A program made the translations under genes and the position numbers. The notes beneath the pieces are model-generated. The model was not told the origin of the DNA. It ran no database searches and saw only the letters and a list, made by a program, of their open reading frames with translations. Of a stretch of 32,000 bases of DNA, positions 8,460 through 16,650 are shown piece after piece. This DNA is from Candidatus Saccharimonadota bacterium. Lineage in GTDB: Bacteria > Patescibacteriota > Microgenomatia > UBA1406 > GWC2-37-13. Numbering within the stretch: position 1 is the first letter of the stretch; each line of letters opens with the position of its first letter. The stretch covers positions 1,200,001-1,232,000 of the forward strand of contig CP065004.1 in the NCBI GenBank assembly GCA_016700135.1. The letters are read 5' to 3'.

Positions 8460-11400
8460 CTAACTACTCGATATCCCAAAAAATCTTTCAAAAAATTTTG
8501 TCAATTTATCAATTACTGTTTCTCTCTTTTTTGTTCTTTCACCTGTTGGTGTAAATCGAGATACAGGGGGAAGAACTCTTGTAAGCTCAGTACCAGATGT
8601 AGAAATATTCCCATTCCTAAAGGCATTTTTTATGAATTTGTAGGTAGCATCTCGGTCGAGGTTTTCTTTTTCAATTATTTGTTCTAGTTCCTCAACTTTT
8701 TTGCCTTCAACAAAATTTCTCCAGTCATCTTCAACTACAGAGTGAACATCCAAAGTTGAAATAAATTGATTAATAAGGTCTTTTTTGTTTCTGAGTTCAA
8801 CACTTGAGTCGATGGCTTTATTTATATCAATCAGTACTTCTTTGTTTTTTGTATGACTCTCATGATATTTCTTGATCAGCTGAAGAATATAATCAATATT
8901 AATATCCACTTGCTTGATAAGCTCCATTTCGAAAACTACATCATCATTTACATTTTCTTTCTCAACAGTAGCGGTATTTCTAAACTCATTGTAAAGATCG
9001 ATGTAGGCACTGTGATAATCTTGTACATCTCGATCAGTAAGTATCTCGTTTCCCGCAAATTCATCAAATGTTGTTAAAATATTTCTAAGTCTCAGAATTG
9101 AGCCATAGAGCTTGATGAAATCTTTTTGATCCTGCTCACCTAGAATTCGTTCACCAACAGGGAATCTAGATTGCAGCTCTGCTATAAGATCAACATAGCC
9201 TCGAACTTCTTTACCTTTATCCGAATAACCATTGTAATAATCTGAATATGCCTTTAAGAGGACAATGCCGCTTGCCTCCTTGTCTCCAAATAGCGAGAGA
9301 GATTCATTAGTTGCTTTTTCCAGATTTCGAAAGCAAACAATGTTTCCAAATGTTTTGACACTGTTAAGAATTCTATTTGTTCTAGAAAATGCTTGGAGCA
9401 GGCCATGCAAACGTAAATTTTTATCTACCCAGAGTGTATTCAGCGTTGTTGCATCAAATCCAGTAAGGAACATGTTCACGACAATCAAAATATCTACCTC
9501 ACGGCTTTTTACTCGTTCACTCACGTCTTTGTAGTAATTCTGAAACTTGTCTGAAGAAGTGTCAAAAGATGTTCCAAAATGTTTGTTATAGTCCTTGATC
9601 GCAGCTTCAAGAAAATCTCGAGAACTTTGATCGAGTCCACTTGTGTCTTCTGAATTCTCATCTACCATGCCATCAGCATCCTCGTCATTGACCCCAAAGC
9701 TATAGATGAGTGCTATTTTAAGTTGTTTATCTGAGGGAAGATCTGCGAGTTGTTTTTTAAACTCTGCATAGTATGTCTTTGCAAACTCAATGGATGAAAC
9801 GGCAAAAATTGAGTTAAAGCCTGCAAGGCGTCTATCTTTTATTTTATAAAAACTATTTCTTTTAGTTTTCTGGTCAAAATGCTCTCTGATGTAGGTGACA
9901 ATATTTGATATGCGCGTCGGATCAGAAAGTATTGCCTCACGATCGATATCACTGACTTTTTTGTCCTCAATATCTTCTGCTTCTCGAACTGTTGAAATAT
10001 AGTCCACCTTAAAAGGCAGAACATTCTTATCAGCGATTGCATCAACAATAGTATAGATGTGTAACTTTTCTCCAAAGGCTTGCTCAGTTGTTTTTAAATC
10101 AGGTCTGCCACTCGATGAAGCATTGATAGCAAAGATTGGAGTGCCCGTAAATCCGAATATATGATACTTAGTAAATGCTTTTGTGATTGCAGAATGCATG
10201 TTACCAAACTGTGATCTGTGGCATTCATCAAATATTAAAACTACATGTCCATCATAAATTGCATGACCGTTGTTTCTTCTAATGAATCGATCAAGCTTCT
10301 GAATTGTAGTTACAATTATTCGAGCATTTGGATTCTCGAGCTGTTTCTTTAAAATTGCCGTACTTGTATTGCTATTCGCAGCACCCTTCTCAAACTTGTC
10401 GTATTCGCGCATTGTTTGGTAATCGAGATCTTTTCTATCAACAATAAATAAGACCTTGTCGATGTACGGTAACTTACTTGCAAGTTGTGCAGTTTTGAAA
10501 CTGGTGAGCGTTTTACCAGAGCCAGTAGTATGCCAAACATACCCACCAGCTTCAGTTGTTCCCATCTTTTTGTAATTAGTACTAACTTCAATTCTGTTAA
10601 GTATTCTCTCCGTTGCGACGATTTGGTATGGTCGCATCACAAGTAGGAGCTTGTCTGTGGTAAATACACAATAACGAGTGAGGATATTGAGTAGTGAATG
10701 TTTTGCAAAAAATGTTTTGGCAAAATCCATGAGATCTGTAATGGGCTTATTGTTGGCGTCAGCCCACCAGCTGGTAAATTCGTAGCTGTTGCTCGTTCTT
10801 TTCCCTTTATTTACAGTCCCTTGTCTAGAATCCTTTATATGTTGAGATCGAGTCGTGTTGCTGTAGTACTTCGTATGAGTGCCGTTTGATATCACAAACA
10901 ATTGGACATACTCAAAAAGTCCTGATGCTGACCAAAAACTCTCTCTTTGATATCGATTAATTTGATTGAAAGCCTCTTGAATAGCAACACCTCTTCGCTT
11001 GAGCTCGATATGCACTAGAGGCAGTCCATTTACCAAAATTGTCACATCATATCTATTTGCCCGTTCACCTTCATCGGTAGAGTATTGATTTACCACTTGT
11101 AAAACATTGTCGTGGATAGTGTCTTTCTTGAGGAGATAAATATTCTTTACTGTGCCGTCATCACGAGAAAGGTTTTTAATATAATCCTCTTGAATCGTCA
11201 AAGTTTTTTCTGCAATGCTTTGATTGGGATTGGCGAGTTCGCTAGTAAAGAATCTTTCCCATTCCGAATCTGTGAAAGTAAATGCATTCAGTTTTTCCAG
11301 TTGAGCACGTAGGTTTTGTACTAAATCTCTTTCTGTTTTTATTCGAATATATTCATATGCCTGTGATTCAAGTTGTTTAATAAATTCTTTCTCAAGTTCT

Positions 11401-11513
11401 GCCTCTGTTTGGTATGCAGCATCTCGTACAACACTGGCATCACGTACATATTCGGATACCACAGTACTTTGAGGTCCTTCTGCTACTAGGTTGTACTTAT
11501 AATCAGTTTTCAT
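8460..11513 (-). CDS. hsdR: Type I restriction enzyme, R (endonuclease/translocase) subunit
   Basis: 1017 aa. N-terminal PD-(D/E)xK-like block DVTILVNGLPLVHIELKRRG. SF2 motor motifs TGSGKT (motif I), FDECHRSQ (motif II) and GFTGTP. Overlaps the hsdS stop by 11 nt. Confidence 0.95.
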   Translation of the reverse strand: MKTDYKYNLVAEGPQSTVVSEYVRDASVVRDAAYQTEAELEKEFIKQLESQAYEYIRIKTERDLVQNLRAQLEKLNAFTFTDSEWERFFTSELANPNQSIAEKTLTIQEDYIKNLSRDDGTVKNIYLLKKDTIHDNVLQVVNQYSTDEGERANRYDVTILVNGLPLVHIELKRRGVAIQEAFNQINRYQRESFWSASGLFEYVQLFVISNGTHTKYYSNTTRSQHIKDSRQGTVNKGKRTSNSYEFTSWWADANNKPITDLMDFAKTFFAKHSLLNILTRYCVFTTDKLLLVMRPYQIVATERILNRIEVSTNYKKMGTTEAGGYVWHTTGSGKTLTSFKTAQLASKLPYIDKVLFIVDRKDLDYQTMREYDKFEKGAANSNTSTAILKKQLENPNARIIVTTIQKLDRFIRRNNGHAIYDGHVVLIFDECHRSQFGNMHSAITKAFTKYHIFGFTGTPIFAINASSSGRPDLKTTEQAFGEKLHIYTIVDAIADKNVLPFKVDYISTVREAEDIEDKKVSDIDREAILSDPTRISNIVTYIREHFDQKTKRNSFYKIKDRRLAGFNSIFAVSSIEFAKTYYAEFKKQLADLPSDKQLKIALIYSFGVNDEDADGMVDENSEDTSGLDQSSRDFLEAAIKDYNKHFGTSFDTSSDKFQNYYKDVSERVKSREVDILIVVNMFLTGFDATTLNTLWVDKNLRLHGLLQAFSRTNRILNSVKTFGNIVCFRNLEKATNESLSLFGDKEASGIVLLKAYSDYYNGYSDKGKEVRGYVDLIAELQSRFPVGERILGEQDQKDFIKLYGSILRLRNILTTFDEFAGNEILTDRDVQDYHSAYIDLYNEFRNTATVEKENVNDDVVFEMELIKQVDINIDYILQLIKKYHESHTKNKEVLIDINKAIDSSVELRNKKDLINQFISTLDVHSVVEDDWRNFVEGKKVEELEQIIEKENLDRDATYKFIKNAFRNGNISTSGTELTRVLPPVSRFTPTGERTKKRETVIDKLTKFFERFFGISSS

Positions 11514-12741
11514 ATTCTTTAAAAGTTAGTAGTTTATTTCTATAGTATTCATATTGTTTTCGTCTAGCAGCAAGCTCTGCTGGCAAACCTACAGAAATAT
11601 CATTCACCAAAGCATCAAATTTGTCTAGGATTGATACGATTCGTTCTTGTTCTTTGTCAGATGGTATCGGAATAATTGCCTTAGCTAATCCTCTATCGTT
11701 AATCGCAGATATTTTCCCAGATGAGACATACCGCTTAATTTGTGATCGAAAATTATTAGTTCTAAAAAAGTAAGAAACATATTTCGGATTTAGTTTGTGA
11801 GAAAAGGCAAAACAGGCATCATGAATAACTACATCTGAATTACCTAACCATGCTACTGCATTACCAATATCCTCAATAGTTTCACCTGCTGCAACAAGAA
11901 CAACATCGCCGTAATGTGCAGTTCTCAATCTCGATGCCAAATCGGGACTAATAAATGACTTGGTTTTTTCTGTCCAAACATTATAGTATGTATACATTTC
12001 TCCATAATGGATGCATGGAAAACCCTCCTCGAGAATATCATTTTTAACAAATCTTTTTCCTCGAGTAAAGTGACCGATTTCACCTAATGGTTGATGGTCA
12101 GCATTTTCAAGTTTGAACAAACCATTAATGTAATACTCATACTGCTTCTTTCTTGCTTCTAGTTCTGCTTCTAGTTCTGCTTCTAGTTCTGTAAAGGTAT
12201 CAATGATTTTTACAATTTCTTCTTGGATAGGGAGAGGCGGGAGGGGGATTTTAAACTTCTTTAAATTTTTCATTGAAATACTCGCAACTGTTGAGCCATC
12301 TGCCTGCGCAACAATCTTATCGATCAAATTATGAAAAATATAAATCAGGTATCTACTGTTCAAAATCTTATGATTCGGAGTAATCGCATATACTCCCTCC
12401 TTAATATTCCAATCAAGTGGAGCATCTTTTACTAGCGCTGTGCGGCCGATAGTTCCGGTGCCCGAAAACAAGACATCACCGACTTTCAACCTTGAACGCT
12501 TCTGAATAATTGATAATCCGTCATCATCAACTTTGTCAGTTTTTTCTGAATATTTAATATCAAACCCTGCTAACTCACGCACAGTTATATACCAGTTGCT
12601 CCCATCTGGTGGGTTGAGTTTAAAATTTTGTCTAGGATTAAGTCCAGTTCTTAGATCAGTAATTACTCCTCCCAACTCCAAAAACTCCACACCCTTAGGA
12701 CAAAGTTCAGTAATGAGTTTTTTGAATTTGTTATTTGTCAT
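11503..12741 (-). CDS. hsdS: Type I restriction-modification specificity subunit
   Basis: 412 aa. Two variable target-recognition halves are separated by the central helix TELEAELEAELEARKKQYEYY. The protein ends in the matching conserved helix ELAARRKQYEYYRNKLLTF. Confidence 0.93.
   Translation of the reverse strand: MTNNKFKKLITELCPKGVEFLELGGVITDLRTGLNPRQNFKLNPPDGSNWYITVRELAGFDIKYSEKTDKVDDDGLSIIQKRSRLKVGDVLFSGTGTIGRTALVKDAPLDWNIKEGVYAITPNHKILNSRYLIYIFHNLIDKIVAQADGSTVASISMKNLKKFKIPLPPLPIQEEIVKIIDTFTELEAELEAELEARKKQYEYYINGLFKLENADHQPLGEIGHFTRGKRFVKNDILEEGFPCIHYGEMYTYYNVWTEKTKSFISPDLASRLRTAHYGDVVLVAAGETIEDIGNAVAWLGNSDVVIHDACFAFSHKLNPKYVSYFFRTNNFRSQIKRYVSSGKISAINDRGLAKAIIPIPSDKEQERIVSILDKFDALVNDISVGLPAELAARRKQYEYYRNKLLTFKEYEN
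12155..12190 (-). repeat. Three perfect tandem 12-bp repeats (GCTTCTAGTTCT on the + strand) encoding (ELEA)x3 in the HsdS central spacer
   Basis: Units at 12155-12166, 12167-12178 and 12179-12190 are identical. They are in frame and translate to ELEAELEAELEA. Confidence 0.95.
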
Positions 12742-12800
12742 TTTTTTAAAGTATGAATAACCTTTTCATTGTTAATCATTTGGCGATAAATAATTTCCAA

Positions 12801-13292
12801 CTATTTAATATCAGAATTCACATATTCTCTTAAGATAGAAATTGATTCTCTTAACTTTTCATCAAAATTTAATTTTTTATTTGCTGGATAGTGGATACAG
12901 TTTCGAATATATGTGGGAAGCGTCACTTTTGCATCTTTGGTACTTTTCTTGCTCGTGTCTTGATAATCTTTAGCAAGCTTCTTTATTTGCTTAAAGTACT
13001 GGTCATCAAAAGGATTTATGCCAATGTTTTCGATGTGCTTTGTTTCATCCACTTCTTTAGAATTGCACTCCTTAACGTACCAATCTCTAAGCTTGTCATA
13101 AAGCTCATTGTGATATTGCTCGTCTAGTATATCGAATACCTCGAATGAAACTTCTGCATAACTTGTTAGTTTTTTATCAAATTGAGTTGCATGGGTATGT
13201 TCTTCAAAAGACTCATCGGCTTTCTTCTCTACTCGAAAATATCTGCCAAGATCTTTTTTATCAATCATGTAATTGGAGTGTGTTGCAAACAA
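12801..13292 (-). CDS. C-terminal part of the ABC/OLD-type ATPase (H-loop plus unrecognised ~140-aa module), separated by an apparent frameshift
   Basis: 163-aa ORF opened by TTG. It begins (L)FATHSNYMID, which is the H-loop (xxTHS) expected about 35 residues after Walker B of the upstream ORF. An in-frame TAA lies 4 codons upstream. The rest has no recognisable domain. Confidence 0.6.
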   Translation of the reverse strand: MFATHSNYMIDKKDLGRYFRVEKKADESFEEHTHATQFDKKLTSYAEVSFEVFDILDEQYHNELYDKLRDWYVKECNSKEVDETKHIENIGINPFDDQYFKQIKKLAKDYQDTSKKSTKDAKVTLPTYIRNCIHYPANKKLNFDEKLRESISILREYVNSDIK

Positions 13293-14362
13293 GACATCAT
13301 ATTATTTTTTTTGTTATTAGTAATTCCGATCAACTGAGTGAGCAAGTATTCTTGAGCTTTAGGATGCAAATGTGTCTCAGGTTCATCAAGCAAAAGAATT
13401 GTGTTCTCTAATTCCTCATTCTTATTCTCAGCCGCAATAGTCAATAAAAATGAAACAAACTGTTTAAAACCATCGCTTCGCATGTCAGAAGTTTGAGCCT
13501 TGCCTTTACTATCCAAGTCCTTGACATGAAAATTGATATGACCATCCATTATTTTAAAGGTAATCTTAACTGGATGATTTGGCCAAGCCGACTTAATATG
13601 TTCTGTAACATTATTTGCAAGAGTCTCTTCGAGAAATTCGCAATCTGTTGTATCAGCCAGGGCATCAGATAAACTTTGATTTATTTCTTCTTCCTTGATT
13701 GATGCCAGCAAAAAGCAATTTCTAAGTGGAATAGAAATACTGGTATCCGCAATAAATTGAGCAATATTAATTGGTTTAGAAATTAAATATCTGTCCTCGG
13801 CGGTCCAAAAAATTGTCTTATGCACGTTGTCTTTGAAAAAGCTAAGGATTTCGTCTGTACTTGAAATCTTAACTTCTTGATCATTCTGAATAACTGTTAT
13901 GGAGAAAATAGGTTCTGAGCTTGCAGTTTTAAAACAAATTCGAAAGTTAACAATTAGATCACTAGAGACTGAGTTATATGTGGGCTTCACAATTTCGTGT
14001 TTTTTAGATTCAGCAGGGATATTTTCCACTATTTCTGTTTCTGAAGGCTTTTCTAAACACATGTTTTCTTCTCTATTGTTTATAAGTTCATAAAGTTTTT
14101 GATCATCGGCAGGTGTTATCTCATATGAGTAAGTAACACATATATCTTTTTTTTGACGAAAGTCCTTTGATAAAGGAAGTTTCGTTCCGGATGCATCGAG
14201 CAAACCATCCTTTAAACCAATAGCTTTTAAGATAGATGATTTACCAGCTTCATTAATGCCAATTAGCCCATATGTAAAACTATCATCGTCTCTTACTTCT
14301 ATTGTAAAAGGTATTTTCTTTACACTTCTGTAATCTTCTATAGTAATTTTGTGAAGTTTCAT
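13265..14362 (-). CDS. ABC/OLD-type (AAA_15/AAA_21-like) ATPase, N-terminal part, embedded in the hsd operon
   Basis: 365 aa. The MKLHKITIEDYRSVK start is typical of OLD/AAA_15 proteins. Walker A is GINEAGKSS, the signature-like motif is RSDGFKQFVSFLL, and Walker B/D-loop is ILLLDEPETHLHP. The ORF ends 26 codons later without an H-loop. It starts 9 nt after the hsdM stop. Confidence 0.8.
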   Translation of the reverse strand: MKLHKITIEDYRSVKKIPFTIEVRDDDSFTYGLIGINEAGKSSILKAIGLKDGLLDASGTKLPLSKDFRQKKDICVTYSYEITPADDQKLYELINNREENMCLEKPSETEIVENIPAESKKHEIVKPTYNSVSSDLIVNFRICFKTASSEPIFSITVIQNDQEVKISSTDEILSFFKDNVHKTIFWTAEDRYLISKPINIAQFIADTSISIPLRNCFLLASIKEEEINQSLSDALADTTDCEFLEETLANNVTEHIKSAWPNHPVKITFKIMDGHINFHVKDLDSKGKAQTSDMRSDGFKQFVSFLLTIAAENKNEELENTILLLDEPETHLHPKAQEYLLTQLIGITNNKKNNMMSCLQHTPIT

Positions 14363-14371
14363 AATGATTAT

Positions 14372-15952
14372 CTAGTTATTTTCAATTTCTTTAACAATCT
14401 CATCAATCGCAACTCTTAGCTCATGTTGTCTTTTTACAATCTTTTCAATCTCTGCGTTAAGTTCTTTAATATCAATAACTTCTCTTGTATCTTCTGCAAC
14501 AACATAACTTGAGACAGAGATGTTGTATTCATTCTCTGCAATTACTTTGTTGTCTACCAGCTTTGCGAAATACTCTTGATCTTCGCGCTTGGAATACGCA
14601 TCAAGAATTTTTAATCTATTTGCCTCACTGAGCTTATTCTTATTGCCACCCCTTACAAATTCAGCAGAGGCATCTATAAAGAGTGTTTTGTTATCTTTTT
14701 TGCTCTTTTTAAGGACAATAATACAAGTTGCTATAGTTGTTCCAAAGAATAAGTCGGGAGGGAGTTGGATAACCGTATCAACATAATTGTTCTCAATGAG
14801 GTACTTACGGATTTTTTGTTCTGCACCACCTCTATACAACACTCCTGGAAACTCAACGATTGCAGCCGTGCCACTAGTTGAAAGCCACGACAGCATATGC
14901 ATCGTAAAGGCTAAATCAGCTTTACTTTTTGGAGCAAGTACACCTGCTGGAGAAAACCGAGGATCATTGATTAAAAGCGGATTTGCATCACCTTCCCATC
15001 TTATCGAGTAGGGAGGATTTGAGACAATTGCATCAAAAGGTTCATCATCCCAGTGCTTTGGATCAGTAAGTGTATCACCATGTGCAATGTCGAAATTATT
15101 ATAATTTACATCATGTAAAAACATGTTGATACGACAAAGATTATACGTAGTGAGATTTATTTCCTGACCATAAAATCCCTGTCGGACATTTTCTTTCCCT
15201 AGAACCTTTGCAAATTTGAGAAGAAGGGATCCAGAACCACATGCTGGATCATATACTTTGTTGACTTCCTTTTTTCCAATTGTTGTGATCTCTGCAAGCA
15301 ATTCACTGACTTCTTGAGGGGTGTAAAACTCTCCTCCAGACTTTCCAGCATTTGAAGCATACATCGTCATCAAGAACTCATATGCATCACCGAATGCATC
15401 AATTGTGTTGTCTGAGTAGTTGCCAAGACGTAGTCCCGCAATCGCTTCAAGAAGTTTTACAAGCTTTTGATTTCTCCTTTCTACCGTATTTCCAAGTTTC
15501 CCCGAGTTCACATCAATATCGTCAAAGAGTCCTTTAAAGTCATCTTCACTATTTGCACCTTTTGCAGAGGCTTCGATGTTATTAAAGATTGATGCTAGAG
15601 TTTCATTGAGATTTGCATCGTTGCGTGCCTTTTTGACGACATTTTGGAATAACTCACTTGGTAAAATATAAAAGCCTTTTTCTTTGACAGTATCTGTTCT
15701 ACCAAACTCAGCTTCTGAGTCCGATAACGATTTGTAATCAAATTCAGGTTTACCTGCTCTACGCTCTTCAGCATTGATATAATTGGTCAGGTTCTCACTG
15801 ATAAAGCGGTAGAAAAGCATTCCCAAAACATATTGTTTAAAATCCCAACCATCAACACTACCTCGAAGGTCATTTGCTATCTGCCAGATTGTACGATGAA
15901 GTTCTGCACGTTCTTGTTCTTTTGTCATGTTAGTATTAGGTTTTATTGCCAT
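14372..15952 (-). CDS. hsdM: Type I restriction-modification N6-adenine DNA methyltransferase subunit
   Basis: 526 aa. HsdM N-terminal helical domain, SAM-binding motif I VYDPACGSGSLLL and catalytic motif IV SNPPYS. Confidence 0.95.
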   Translation of the reverse strand: MAIKPNTNMTKEQERAELHRTIWQIANDLRGSVDGWDFKQYVLGMLFYRFISENLTNYINAEERRAGKPEFDYKSLSDSEAEFGRTDTVKEKGFYILPSELFQNVVKKARNDANLNETLASIFNNIEASAKGANSEDDFKGLFDDIDVNSGKLGNTVERRNQKLVKLLEAIAGLRLGNYSDNTIDAFGDAYEFLMTMYASNAGKSGGEFYTPQEVSELLAEITTIGKKEVNKVYDPACGSGSLLLKFAKVLGKENVRQGFYGQEINLTTYNLCRINMFLHDVNYNNFDIAHGDTLTDPKHWDDEPFDAIVSNPPYSIRWEGDANPLLINDPRFSPAGVLAPKSKADLAFTMHMLSWLSTSGTAAIVEFPGVLYRGGAEQKIRKYLIENNYVDTVIQLPPDLFFGTTIATCIIVLKKSKKDNKTLFIDASAEFVRGGNKNKLSEANRLKILDAYSKREDQEYFAKLVDNKVIAENEYNISVSSYVVAEDTREVIDIKELNAEIEKIVKRQHELRVAIDEIVKEIENN

Positions 15953-16059
15953 ATTTTAATTATATCAGTAGATTCATTGTTCAATTAATACTTCATAAAC
16001 TTCTCCTTCTTACACTCCTATTCTACCACTTCTCTATCTATCAAATCACATAAACCCTC

Positions 16060-16068
16060 AAGGTACTT
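16060..16068 (+). promoter_or_regulatory. Candidate extended -10 promoter element (TGTTATAAT) for the 16091 gene
   Basis: TGnTATAAT match ending 22 nt upstream of the ATG. No convincing -35 or Shine-Dalgarno sequence. Confidence 0.35.
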
Positions 16069-16090
16069 TTGTTATAATCAACCTAATACC

Positions 16091-16603
16091 ATGTCTACTG
16101 AAATGGTTCGGGAAAATCTTTCTCGTTCACGCGAACTCCACCACCAGCTGGCTGCAGCCGGATATACTCACGGTTGTGTTGAAGTCTCTCTCACCGCTCT
16201 CGGAGCAACGATCAATCCGAGTTCTATCTCACCCGAAAGACAATCGCGTGATCTACAGGAATGTGTCAATGAAGCGGGATTTCAAGTCAATTGGATGGTA
16301 AGTGCCGATCACGAAATCGCCGGAGAAGATATTTCGGCTCTGTTTGGTGGAGTAATACCCCTAGAAGAGCAGGCTGGAGAAGGAGAAGTGCTGGGATACT
16401 TGTGGAGTGAACACTACCCCGACGCACCAGCGCATGTGATGGCGATACTGCAGGAAGATACGGATTCTTATGTAGTGGTAGACTCGGACAATCCTTTGGG
16501 ACAAATGCATGTTCATGCTCAAGAGATCGCACATCTATCAAATTACGTGACACAACACGGGGGCCAATTCGGGATTTATCAGATCAAACAGCCTTCAGCA
16601 TAA
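16091..16603 (+). CDS. Hypothetical protein
   Basis: 170-aa ORF at normal (higher) GC, immediately right of the low-GC island. No recognisable motif. Confidence 0.55.
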   Translation: MSTEMVRENLSRSRELHHQLAAAGYTHGCVEVSLTALGATINPSSISPERQSRDLQECVNEAGFQVNWMVSADHEIAGEDISALFGGVIPLEEQAGEGEVLGYLWSEHYPDAPAHVMAILQEDTDSYVVVDSDNPLGQMHVHAQEIAHLSNYVTQHGGQFGIYQIKQPSA

Positions 16604-16650
16604 CCGTTATCCCCCATCGAAGCACTTTCTAATCTTTTCACAAATAACTA

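Noticed and set aside
12891-12905. RNCIH in the ATPase C-terminal module could be a HEPN RNase motif (as in PrrC/RloC-type effectors).
   Set aside because: The canonical HEPN motif is Rx4-6H, and here only three residues separate Arg and His. A single short match is not evidence. It is kept only as something to test within the effector-domain finding.
13305-13312. The T8/A8 homopolymer just upstream of the ATPase frameshift could be a phase-variation switch that restores the frame.
   Set aside because: I checked both +1 and -1 changes in the run. Each creates an immediate stop (TAA or TGA) instead of fusing the two ORFs. The frame-restoring indel must lie downstream of the run (about 13290-13302).
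16033-16037. CTATC at the right edge of the low-GC island matches the 5 bp left of IS copy 1, hinting that the IS plus island inserted as one unit with a 5-bp TSD.
   Set aside because: A 5-mer match within a ~130-bp AT-rich spacer is easily due to chance. The sequence preceding it shows no resemblance to the IS terminal inverted repeat.
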